64,000 nt of DNA from Catajapyx aquilonaris (taxonomy: Eukaryota). The notes under the pieces are model-generated. The model ran no database searches, had not been told where the DNA came from, and saw only the letters and a program-made list of their open reading frames with translations. This document shows, piece by piece, positions 33,409 through 46,400 of this stretch. The stretch is from the NCBI GenBank assembly GCA_000934665.2, contig KZ538343.1, positions 1 to 64,000 of the forward strand, read 5' to 3'. How positions within the stretch are numbered: position 1 is the stretch's first letter; each line of letters opens with the position of its first letter. Made by a program: the position numbers and the translations under genes.

Positions 33409-36400
33409 TAGTTATTTTCGTCTCTGAGACACTGCCAACATGTCAAATGGCGTACAGTAATTATTTAACAACATGCTTAGGAATGCTCATGGTTTTGTGT
33501 AGTCTGCTTCTGTAAGGTTGGATTGCATCACTAAATAAGGCAGATTATATCAACAGAGGGTCTAGCTCGGTCTAGCACTCTAGCTTATGATATCAATAAA
33601 TTCACAGAGAATGAATATTTAAGAAAATATGACAGCAAATATCGGTGTTGAGTTCATAAAGTCCATCTTGTAACATTATGATCTGAAAGTGTTCTGTAAT
33701 TAAAGAGCAATTGAGATTCACTCATTCCCGTAAGATCTTGTAAGGTATAACTGACTTGTGTTTTGCAAATACCGGCGTAAAAATAATAATATTATGCGAA
33801 AGTTGTACTTGTACAACTGTTTAATATCAATTTCTGTTTTGTACCTGTAATAAACAGCACCCTTTAATATGCATGTATCCTGTAGACTGTAGAGGTAGGC
33901 TACTGTGACTGTGTACATACGGTATTAAAATTATACGGTAAGCATCTCTCTACACATTTTTTCCCCACTAGTCATTCTAAATATCACTAAAATGATACAT
34001 TTTATACAGATTAAATGTAAAATATCTACCATTGTGATGCACACGACTACACTGTATATTTTCTTATGATGCGCATATATTTATCCACAAGGTATGGAAA
34101 ATGTGCATGAATACGAGCATGTATATATCTTGTANTACATTAATTTCGCGATCTCGGGTTTGCGTCTACATTTAATTTGGCGATCTCGAAAACGGCTGGG
34201 AAATTCGCGGTTTTGAGGATTTTTGAAAATAGGTTAGCGGGTGCAAGGAATCCAACGGCGTAAGTCCGAGGTCTGTACGACCTCGGGAAGTGGGAGATCT
34301 TTTCCATCCTATATCCTCCTCGGATTGGGGCTTTATATATATTAGATACTTAAATACGTATTACATTTTTGATGAAAGTGCGTGATCTCTCATTATTTAA
34401 AGATACATAATGATGATTTTGGGCACCAAATCTGTGAGATTTTTTTGTGTACCAAGGGTACACATTTGGTCCAGCGTGCACGTAGGCCTATTATAAATAA
34501 TGTGAAAGGCCTAAATTCTCCATTTGTGACATATTAGGTAGACAAAGCTTTGTGTGCCAGATACTTCATTCACGACCGGGGAGAATGGAAGTTTTAAAAA
34601 ATAACAAAAATAAAAAAATAAAAATATCCTTCTCCGAGAGAGTTCTCGAAGCGCGTTCATGTGTGGGGACTTTGAGCACCTCCTGGGGTCGCTGGAGCCA
34701 GCAACCGGTTTGACACAGCGAGGGCTCGACCAGGGAAGGAAGAAGCCCAAGGGATCAGAACAGATTGCCACAAAGAACCTATTCTTACTCCATTTAAAAA
34801 AAATCTTCAGACAAAAAACATACTACTGAAACGAAACAAGTGCCTTTCTCTAAGTCACTCATTTTTGGAAAATATTTTACAAAACTCACAACAAACATGG
34901 TGAAACGCAACGTCGTTATGACTTATGAGTCATTTGCCTATTTGAAACCGCAGCTTGCACACGGGACGACATGTTCAATTTGTGAACACAATGGCCATTG
35001 AGAGAACAGCGTTCGTAATCCGGTTGGACATGGTGACCTGGCAGTAGCAGGTGCATTTGCGTCCTCTTCTTCGCATTCATCTGCCCGGAACCACAAGCGG
35101 CTTTTTTCCTTACTGCCCAGGGAAAGGAACCACGTGTTAGCATTAGGGGACGCACCCACGACGTCAAATCAGCAACCCACACACCCTCCCGGAAAGAATC
35201 CATCACCTGGTGCGGGATTTGTGTCCCTCATTTCCAGCATTGGAAGATGAAGATGAGGGCCCAGGACCTGTCTTTACAAAGCCTGGATTAAGCCCTTATC
35301 TGATTAACCCCGGAGAGGACTGGACTGGATGAGGACATATGATTTTAACCACGTGGTATTCAAGATGGCGTCATGTTTCAGGTTGTCCAGGTCCGTAAAA
35401 CCTCTGAGGCTTCTTAGGTGTCTGTAAAATTGTCTCAAATAGTGTTAGTATCTTACAAAGTCCAAGGACACATGCACTCTTGGCACACCGGAGTGATAAT
35501 TATCCTCCAAACATGGCGTTTGAAAAGGGCGGTCTGGCAGCCCTCACAAAATCAGTTGAGCAAACAAGGCGAGGCTTTGAAAGAAAAAAAAAGAACTAAG
35601 AAAAAAAGTACAGGTGTAGGGAGGGGGCGTGGGGGAGGGGGGGGGGGNGAAGCCGATAGCATATCCAAAGAAGAAAACGTGAGGTGTGTGAGAGTCTCCA
35701 GAAGGGTGACAACTGACAACGGCGACGTAAACTGCAAACATAAATGGGGCTCGAGGACTCACGATCAGCCACTCACCTATACACACACACACACACATAC
35801 ACTATGCAAATCAGTAGCATAGGGATAAAAGAGGGTATATGTATAGTTGAGAAGAGAGGTGAAGAAGAGAAGAAAAAAGAAAATCGGAGTGGTGGAGGGC
35901 ACTTCATTGGTACCCACGTTTGGTTAGTTCATTAAAGGGGAGGTGACGAGACGCTAGTTCACATGCAGGTACGTTTCCAAGCCCACCACTTGGGTGATGA
36001 TGACTCTTTAACTCCGGCATGTTTGTTCACGTGGAAGATTCTGCATTCTTTGCCAGGCGCTTAGATTTTATGCTGCCAATATAGCCATGTTGGGAGTTCA
36101 TCGTGCAGCTAGTCCTACTACGTAATCAGAAATGAAATTGGAAATGAAAAATATTTATGCAAGTGGTACTAGTTATAAGCAATAAGACTGCAGACGCCGA
36201 TGAAATATGCAGTTGATTGGGATAAAATAAATAAAACTTATTTTTATTGCGGTGTTCGACATTATAACAAAACGACATTTTCATATTTACATTACACGCC
36301 TTTTTTACTAGTACCAGAAATGCTTGCAACACCCTGGTACTGAAACATCTCATGATTAGTCCAAAATCCATTGCCCCCTCTCCTCTCCCTTTCGTGAGCG

Positions 36401-38556
36401 ACTTTCAGTGGAATGATTTGTATGGAAATGCGTGCAAAAACCCCTGGAGAAGACGGCGTCGATTGCGGACCACCCGTCGACACTACGACACTTCTAGAAG
36501 TCAAGTGGACATGATTTGGAATCGCATGTTTCTCCGGCGCTTTTGTTACGCTCTTGGCATTTACAGCAGGTCCAAGAAAAATAAAAAAATAAAATAAAAG
36601 CTAAATAAAAGTAGACTGCGGTTCCTGCTCGTTTTCTTCGGATTTAGGACCGGCCCTGCCCTCAATACACGTCATCTCCGATTTACAATTATTTTTCTCT
36701 CTACCCGCCCGCTTGACAACGTCAAAGGGCGGATATATTATCAGGTGTAGACTCTAATTTCACGCGCCAATAACCTCAGGTGACCTCATCAGTACTAAAC
36801 CATTTGATTTACACACACTGACACTATTAGCCAGAGGAGGAGGACATGTTTCAAGCTGAAGAACTCTTGTCTATAAGCCACTTATTATAATGCGCATTCC
36901 AAGGTTCAAGTGACTTAGAAGCCACCTACAGGAGACCATAATAAGTTTTTACCTGCCCCAAGCAGTCGCCCACAGTACACAACACTTGTCAGATACAGGT
37001 ATTTTTGTTTACACCTGTTTACATTCGGAAAAAGTTGGCGCGTTAGCAGCACATTGTACATAAGAATCAAAAAATTGTATAAAAAAATTCCCACACATTT
37101 GGGGAGCTGACCTGTACCAATCAGATGCATCATGATGGCTTTTACAGGCCCACCTTGTAAATAAATAGAGGAGTTATATACGAGAGTGGAACTCGGTGGG
37201 GTGCCTGCAAGAAAACTCCTTTCGGTCCTGACAAATGTACAACGTGTTCGAATACATTAAGGCTGGGAATTTTTCTCGTACGTTTTAAGCTCCCTTTGAG
37301 TATGCAACAACGCCCTTTAGATTTTTCTCCGCCGGGGAATTTCTATGGCAAAGAGGGTGTCAGTTTGCATCAGTAGGACGGGATTACTTAAACCTTTCTT
37401 GAGCTTTGATGACGTGGAGAGGCTACCCTTATAACTATATTACACTATGATTTGCTTCAGAATTTGTAAGGACTTGCAGATGACCTTGTACTTTACGGTA
37501 TTAAGTTTACTTCCATTTCGTGAATCATATTTTTCGTGAATCAGATCAAGCATTTCCTTAGGTACAGCACCTGTCAACCACATTTAAGGTCACGATCCGG
37601 TGTCAGAGGTTAGAAAAACTACACATGCTCGTACCTGAAAAGGGTGAGGTTTTGAGCCATTGTAAACACGTCATCATGAGTGGCGTTGATCACTAGACAA
37701 AAAATAAAGCAGGGTTAAAAAAAAAGGATGCAAAAGTCTGGCCGTGAAATCCTCCACGGATTTTTGAAAGAATCCCGACTGTCCCTCCCGAAAATGACAG
37801 GTTTAAAAAATGGGCACAAAAAAGTAAGAAAAGCAGTTCCGAGCTTGAAACGCGAATTTCTCAAACAGGCGTGACTTTTCTACTTGACGGGCATGGGCCA
37901 TGATATGTCACTTTCATTTCTCCTTTAGTTTTGCCGCTGCCAGATTAGTGCACGACTACTATAGGGTTGCATACAAAGCTAGTGGGAAGAAAAAGAAAAA
38001 AAAATCAGCATTAAAAATAATTTGGACCATGTAATGATACAGTTACTATTAGAGTACATTGGTGTCAGGGTCTTATAGATGAAGATAGAGGTTGTGAAAA
38101 AAAAATGCGACAAATTCGGTTAGAAAAGAGGTCGTAACCCCCCGACAGGGATGAGGGAGAGAAAAAAGGGAGTTGCCGCCCCTTTTGAAAAGATGACAAA
38201 TGTTTTGGCTCACACCTACACCGTCCACACATGGAACAAAATAATTAAACGTAATTGGTCCTTCGACTCGCCGAGTGGAAGAATAATCGTCCTCAAACCC
38301 AGATCGGAACAAAACGGCCGCCATTTTTCTCCTCCCGTTTTGTTGATTTGATTTATTGTTGAGACTTCTTTCATTCCAAATCGAGCTCTAGCTATTTCAA
38401 ACGTTTTACTTTTCAGAGTTATAAAACTGGCAATGGAATATTGTGCGGTGGCTGAAAATCATTTGAACTGCATTTTCTGTATGTGAAAAGTCCAATATAA
38501 GCAGATATTTAAATATACAGTTGGAGGCGCTCAGGCTCCACCTACGTATAGTTAAA

Positions 38557-38730
38557 GGTGGCAAGGTGGGGTACTGGTTAGAGGCCCACCCTTTCACCTC
38601 TGAGGTCTCGCGTTCGATCTCTGAGTATGGCAGGGGAATTTCTCGTGTGGAAAGAGTTTTGATAGGTTCCCTCCGTGTTCGTGGGGTTTTCTCCGGGTTC
38701 TTCCATTTTACAACCATCAAAAACGAAGTG
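38557..38730 (+). mobile_element. Diverged SINE family A copy abutting a piggyBac-like right end
   Basis: tRNA-like head with GTTCGATCT, core CCGTGTTCGTGGGGTTTTCTCCGGGTTCTTCCATTT. Confidence 0.7.
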
Positions 38731-38939
38731 CTCAATCGAATAAAGACGGTATTTAAGAGTCCTTTCCATCAAGTGACCTTGACAGAGATGATTTTTTACG
38801 TTGTTTTGTTTACCTACTATTTTTAAACATTGACAAGAGAGAAACATACACAAGAGCATGACCTACTCACGAAGGACAGTTAAAATCGACTTACGTTGAT
38901 TATGTTGGTTTTATTACCATTTATCTAGTGGGATGTGGG

Positions 38940-39548
38940 TAGGGGAGATCGGGGTCGGTTGTAACACTTTTTAGTCTGAATTTTTTTAAATTCAGTTACA
39001 TACGCATTTAGGCAAAGGTTTTTGGCATGGTGGAAACAAGGCAATATTCCTATTTTTAAAATTGTCATAATGAAATCTTAAGATTAAAAATTAACAGATT
39101 TATCAATAGTTTTCCGAGGTAAGGCAGAGTGTTACAACAGACTCCATCATATATAGGGGCGGTTGTAACGGAGGGCGGGGTCGATTGTCAGTAACACTAT
39201 GTCTTAAATGGTAACTGTAATATCGAAGAACAGTTTACACCCACTCATCTTCTCGGCAATTACCTTTATAGCCTACTTGATCCCCACATAGATTGCTCTT
39301 TATCTCGATACACTGGAATTTATTCCGCAGAATAGTATTGCAAGAGAATACATTTTTTATTCATATAAATTTTCGACAAACTGGTTATGAGAGGCTTTAT
39401 TGCACAAAGTAATAACTATTTCTACTCTCAATATCCTGTGAGATATGTGAGATGTGTAGCTGTAACATCTGTACACAGACTTGACCTTTCTCCTATGATT
39501 TTACCATGTTACAACTGACCCCAAGGTAGCTGTTACAACTGTCCCCAT
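38940..39548. mobile_element. Degenerate DNA transposon derivative with repeated GGGG(T)CGGTTGTAAC motifs in both orientations
   Basis: Motif forward at about 38951 and 39156, reverse at about 39130, 39507 and 39531; termini uncertain. Confidence 0.45.
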
Positions 39549-40148
39549 CGTGTGTTGTCTTGTAGATATGCTTACTATTTTTTAACTGTGCACATGAATT
39601 GGTCATCCATACCGTCAGTGTGACCCCACTAAAGGAACCTTTCTCATGATACCAAGGGCAATTCAATGTCACCTCTATATACCCTTCACATAATCGCTTG
39701 ATTACTGCCACTGCCAGCAAGTACATCTCCAGTCTGGTGTAAATAAATGTGACCCTTTTTTTGAGGGGGGGATGGGGGGGGGGGGTCTGGAAATGAAATC
39801 ATATTCTGCCCTGAAATATGGGATCCGGGGTCACTGGTCGAACCCCATTTTTGTCCACTTGTTGACAGTAATACTCCCTTCAGTGCAACCTAACATTAAT
39901 AGATCTGTTATTTCTGACTACCCTAATAGTAACTGTTAAAAATAATTCCTTAACAAAAAGTAGTAAATATTCGCTGCTAATATTAGGTTGCTGGGGCCTA
40001 TTGTAAATATGGGTTCTGTTTTTGACGTTCCATGCCAATTGCTGCGAGGGAGGATCAAATGAAAGAAAAAAAAGTGGAATAATCAATTATGGTAACTTTT
40101 TACCGGCCATTTGGGATGCTGTTTGAGAAGAATACTTTCGGACTCATT

Positions 40149-40530
40149 GGGGCCGTCCATAATCCGCGCGGACAAGACAGTGAAGGGGGTCCGCTTTTGT
40201 CCGTACAGGGGGGTGGGGGTAGAAGTCTGTTGTACGCGCGGACAATAAACATCCANNNNNNNNNNNNNNNNNNNNNNNNNNNNNNNNNNNNNNNNNNNNN
40301 NNNNNNNNNNNNNNNNNNNNNNNNNNNNNNNNNNNNNNNNNNNNNNNNNNNNNNNNNNNNNNNNNNNNNNNNNNNNNNNNNNNNNNNNNNNNNNNNNNNN
40401 NNNNNNNNNNNNNNNNNNNNNGGGGGAGGTAAGATATTGTCCGTTTCTGTCCGTAAAGGGGAGGTGGGAGGTTAAAAAAATGAAAAAAATACTTGGAAAA
40501 AATATGTCCGCGCGGATTATGGACGGCCCC
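40149..40530. mobile_element. PIF/Harbinger-like MITE spanning an assembly gap (N 40256-40421)
   Basis: Perfect 25-bp TIR GGGGCCGTCCATAATCCGCGCGGAC. Confidence 0.8.
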
Positions 40531-43344
40531 ATATAAGACTTACACGTTCAAGAAGTTATCCAATAGGTGGAGTGGCAATCGTACAGTAGCTGTGCAAATG
40601 TCGGCTGCCTTCCGGCGTGCACCGAAGAGAAGAAGAGAGCAGTTAATTCGTTTTTGGGCATATAACGGACAAAACCCAGAGATATGTGTCGGCGAAAAAG
40701 GTGCTACTGTACCTAGTATATTATACGTTTCTGCCATGCATCTTTCAGGCCCTTGTCTCTACGAGTGGTGTAAAATTCTGAAATATGAAGGTATAGTCTG
40801 AGGGACGAGCAGCTGACCACTGGTCATGTCCCTGCGTGTCGCAGGCACGTGTCTGCCAGATACATACGAGTACCATTGTTGATGTATTCGTCAATGCATT
40901 TAGGTGGCTTTTGCAGTCCCTTCTGTGCACAAAACAGAATGTCGTTGATTCATCTTGGTGAGTGTCTGAAAGAGTACCAGCATCTGTCCGATTCACACTT
41001 ACACATATGGACAAACTTCCGGCTGAAGTTATGAGTACCATACAAATCTGTAACAGACCCTGTCAAACAACATGCCAAACGGCAAAATATAAACAAGTTA
41101 GTTATTAAAGGGCAGGGTTTTTATATGATCAAGACATACAGTACCGCGGATATATTGGGAAATTCATTGCAATGCAAGGCTCGGTAGATTATTCAGTTAG
41201 GTATAATATTATCAGCAAACACTTTTAATAACCACTAAATGTAACTGCTTAAAATAAGCAGCTTAGTGATGAACAACAGCTTACCACTATAGTCACTATA
41301 CATTTCATTTGGAACAGCCTGTATAAGGCTGGTAAGTAACACTAGAGTATGAACTAAAAGAACCACAATATTGTTAAAACGGCTAAACTTGTATAGATTC
41401 GTATGGTACTTGAAATAGTTTGTCGATAGGTGGAGTATCAGACGGAAAGCATCTTTTTAAAGATGGCAGAATCCCTTCAGTCATGCACTGAGGAGGGGCG
41501 GAAAGATGTTACTAGATTTTATGCACAAAAAGGACAAAGTCCATCAAAATTAATAAACAGTTACTCTAATCGTTCTCTTTGAAAATCATCAAACTGTCTA
41601 ACTGAGCCTTCCTTTGCATGACACGTTTAAACTGCGTGCGGCACTATTTGAGGATATGTCCCTATAGGTTCATATAAGAGGAGTGGCCATGGGGAGGGTG
41701 GTCGTGAGGGGGGCTAATTTATTTCCAATCCTGGTGACTGGTATTGGTATGGAGGCAGCAAACCAAAAAGGTGCCTGGGACCGGGGGAAGTTTATGTACT
41801 GCACCCTTTTGCATGTTAATACGAAGCCGGGACTATAAAGTTGTAAGTTGAAAGAGGGGAAACACCCACAATTGTGATATTGCCTCCTAGCATTATTTCA
41901 GAAGGGGTGTCCAAAGGGTTGGATGACAGAAACCTGAGCCAAATTGTTGAGGGAGGTGAGGTGGGGGTAGGGAACTAAATGAAAGGTGTGTGTGCTGTGA
42001 CTTTTATAGGAAATGCGCACCGGCAGGACCGCGGTCGCAAACCAGCAGCTAATCTTTTGTCAATGTTTTATTGCTTCTCGCTTTGCATGTTGAACGACTC
42101 ATAATTCCTGTTCCTCCGGTCAATTCCCAATCTTGACTCCCACAAACGAATCTTCTCTTTGGAAGTTCCAGCATTTATCTGCTTTTACCATCGCCCCTTC
42201 CCACAGCTGTAAATTTTCACACTCGACTGTGTATATGTGGTCACTCTTTTTTTCTATTTTTTTGTAGTGTCCGCGCCTTCTTTCTAAGTGAAGATGCGAT
42301 GCCTCTTGTTTTTTGGAGAACCATGAAATTAGCGGAAATATTTCTCATCCTTGATACGAATGTATGATACTGATATACATCGGTACCCACTTGGATGCAA
42401 AAAGTAATGGAGCGTGTTGTCGGTTTGCAATTCGTGGATAGTATTTACGGTACCGGTACTTGTTTGATTGGATTGACACGTTCGGTTTGTGCACTTTTTT
42501 TTTGCTTGCCTCGAATTCAGAATGGTTCGTTGACAACGTAATTTGTTTCCTAATTAATTAGTCTAAATGCTATTCTGTCGGGAGGGTTTTAACCCTGACA
42601 AATGGTAGTACAATGATGTAAAAACACGTCATAACTGTGAAGTTCGCTGTATATTCATCAGAGAGCTACATTTTGTTACAAATTAATAAAGCCTTTTATG
42701 CAGTTGTGAAAATAACATATTTTTGCATATTTTTATGAGTTTCAAAATTCATAGCTAAAACTAATAAATGATAACCAGCTTCATTGGTAATATATAACTG
42801 CTATATAGCTATAATACAAATGTTTCTGGGCGAGTTGTGCAATTACTGCAATATTACTAATCTTCTTCAGGTTTTAAATGTCTCCGATGGTATATAGTTT
42901 CCGCTTAAATTGTCCACATTAACTTACACACTTATATAAAAATTTCCTCCACCAACTTCTAGATGGCAGGAGACTCGCTCCTGATGGCGACCACCTGTAG
43001 GTGTTCCCACCTTGCCATAAAAAAAAAGTCAGGAAGAAGAAGAATAAAAAAAAAAGAAGTGAGAAACCAGTTGCGGCCCCCTTCTTGGTGACCCGTCCGT
43101 TTTTCCCCATCCCGAGTTCAGTCTCGTTTGAGGTCCCCTTGGACCCTGGTCGAGGCTAAGAAAGCAACCATGCTGGGATCGCTATGCAGCAGCAGGCTCG
43201 TCCCCTAACACAGCCCAGCCGGCCATTCAAGTCTCCACCTCCTCCGACGAGTATTGTATATTTCCACCTCCTACTTTTTTTTTGTTTTTTTTTTCTTCGT
43301 TTGGAGGCTCGTCTTTTGCCGACTACTTCTCGTGTTTTGTGACC

Positions 43345-43488
43345 AGTCGCTTCGCGGCAACTGTAGTGACACACTGGTTGTAGTGCTTTCTTTTGCGACG
43401 GTTGACGTTGCGACTCGCGTTTGTGTGTCGCGGATGGTTTTCGCTGTTTCTTCCGGGGGCCAGTGTGTTTGGCGACGGAGTTTTGCAG
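43345..43488 (+). other. Candidate non-coding first exon of an unidentified plus-strand gene
   Basis: CpG/GT-rich segment starting at Inr-like CCAGTC and ending in a strong donor CAG|GTAAGA, then AT-rich sequence. Confidence 0.4.
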
Positions 43489-46400
43489 GTAAGATATGTT
43501 TTTTTGATTATTTTTTTTTAAAAAAAAGGTTGATCTGCAAATACGGTGGCAATAAGTATTTTGGGAGTGCAATTTACGACAAAATTTTGTGATTTAAGCC
43601 GGTTAATCTCATATTCACGTATGTACGAAAGTAATTTAAATAATTATGAAATATGAAACAGTCTCAGAAAAAGATGACAATGATGGCATGAAATACCCGG
43701 CATCATAATATTCGGATAACGCAACCAGCAATTTCCGAAACACCGGCTGCACTATCACTTATGTACTTTTCAACACATACCCTGTTAGCTCAAAGAAAGA
43801 AAGTACAATACCACCACCATAAACCTCCAAATTGAAACAAAGCCATGAGCAACTATCTAATAAATATAATTGAATAGGATGTAACGTTGTCGGCTTCGTC
43901 ATAAAGTTGGGCCACAAAGTACACCATTGCTGGTATCAACGACTAGAACCTGCAACAATCTTAACCTTAGGGCCCTCCCATGTTCAAGAGGTCAGAGTCC
44001 CATGTAAGCTGTAAATTCCTGTCCGGGAAATATTTTTCCGTGGGTAGTCATTTTTTTTTCTTCTTCTCTCAACCATCATCACTTGTGATCGGATGCGGAT
44101 CTCATCTCACCTTTTCCCTCTATGGTCATGAGGATCATGACTAATTACTGGTGCTAACAATAAGCGATCACCGATTGGGACTCTCCCGAGTAGTGATTAT
44201 GGGTCGGGGTGGAGAAAAAAAAAAGTTTGATGGAAGGGGAAAAAAATGTTAAGGTGTGGAAAAGCAGCCCGAGTCTATTGCAGGCCAATAAATAAAGGTG
44301 GGTGTGTAGGAATAGATTTGGAGGTTGGGAAAAAATGAAAGGCGGCGTGCGTGTGTTGGGGTGTGGCACACGTTTTCTGGGGGTTTGTATAAACATAAAA
44401 AAGGGGATAAGGTTCAGCGCATGAGGTGCAAGTGTGAGTTTATTATGTTGAGGTCATCTTTTTTATATATTATAAGTTATGAAGTGAGAAGTTGGTCGTT
44501 GTCTTGTAGTAAATATCTGAAGTACAAGTTTTGAATAAAATTTTGAGCATACCCAAGCATTGATTTGCTCGTAAATGACTATTTAATCACATGAGCACAT
44601 GAGGTTAGAAATGGTTGTCAAATATTTGTGCGAACTGCTTAGAAAATTGCGTAACAAGGCAATGTTGTCGAGTACACCGGTTAGACTCCCAAAAACATCT
44701 TCATCTTCATATTAAATTCATTCTATATGACGTGTAATTTACTGGCCACTTCCACATTTTCCTTTACTATAGCTTTAATAACGCTTTTGTATTATACCGC
44801 GGGTTTCCCAGGCACTTCAGTTTCTAATTCCCATTGAGAATCCCCTAAACAAAAGGGTCTAAATTCCCTTCTGGCCCTCCCGGAGCGATAGTTATAACCA
44901 CCTCTTCTAATCTAGGTTTCAAAACCCCCATCAAGCACATCTGTCTTACCGCAAATGTTTTTCACCACCATAAGGTTCCTCTGAACATAAACTCGGGTAT
45001 AAGCTAGTGAGGCATACAGTAGACGTGGCCAAGAAAATATTCTGAGGATAGGCCGGCCATTGTTGTAGGTTGCTGCCTCCATCCAGCGTACTAGTCACTG
45101 CTCCAATCAACAGAGAAGCAACCAACCGGTAATATACTTCTTTCAGGTCCTTTCATCTCTTCCAAGCGCTCGTTTTTATTGGTCACGTGTTAATGACCTC
45201 AGAGTACCCTCGGCCTTGTCCTTTTTTTTATGCGTACTCAAAATCATTCCCATATTTATACCATTATTGTATTCAGTCGGAGGTAATCGTTCCGATCCCG
45301 GAGGATTCGAGGGGTTCAAATAATGTAGCTGACAAAAATCTCTGCTCATGACAAAAGTTGGGGCTCAGAACAATTGTTCGCTGGCTTGTATAATCAATTA
45401 ATGTTGCAAAGTTCAACGGACAATAATTGAAACGTAGGTTGAAGGACCGGAGGAACTGATAAAAGACAATAATTCCAGGGTTTCGCGGCTGAATGGGTCA
45501 TATTTCTAATCGTGACCTAAGAGCTGGATAATTATACAGCGTGAGGTTGAAAAGAAAAAAAAAATCAGGAATGTCGCAGATTGAAGCCTGAGATTATTGG
45601 TCTTTCCCCTTTCTAAATAAACTTGGCGCTTTTGAATGTTGACGACAACCAAGGATCGTTAAAGTCGTCTGGGGACGTAAATGTGCGTTAATATATTGCT
45701 AATCCGACTTCTAACCGTTCGGATTCAATTAGTGCGCAAAATATATGCGGTGAAGGTGGATAAATAATTTTAATTAGACTTATACGATTGAGATATGGGG
45801 TTTCATGAGTTCGTTGTTTCTTTTCAAAAATAAAGATTAATTGCGAAGAAAGCAAACAAACATTGGAGTTTCGGAAGTTGCAGGTGGTGAGCAACTTGCA
45901 AAGTTCGCCATTTGCCTCGTATGTTCGTTTACATGTAACAGGCAAGAAAATTAAAGACTATATCCCATCGACTTTCAATGTAATAATTTGGGTGCTGCCA
46001 CAATTAACGTAACAAATTAAATAACAAGTGCATAACATTCATTTTTATGTGTTAAGTCTGCATAATTGATAAACACGTGCTGGCCTTTTTGCTATCCTAC
46101 GCTGATGTGGTTCTTCGTAGTAATTTTTTGCTTGCTGATTCACTCCTGGGATCCATTTTGGTTGGGTCGTGCACGATGAGACAGTAAAAAAATGTGGAAA
46201 TAAGGAAATGAAATTGTAATTTTCTGACCTTAAAGAAGCGAGCCTTACACAAGATGGAACATCTCACTTTCCAACAGTATTAGTCATGGTCCATACACAA
46301 GACGAGGAAAAAGGTATGCCCGGGTATTGCAAGGTTTGGGACGAAGTTAATTTGTCACTCGATATTTTTCTTTCATGTAAACAGAGTTTTTCTTCGCATT

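Noticed and set aside
35285..35340. Partial resemblance to a miR-184 arm (GCCCTTATC)
   Set aside because: The mature sequence is absent and no precursor hairpin forms.
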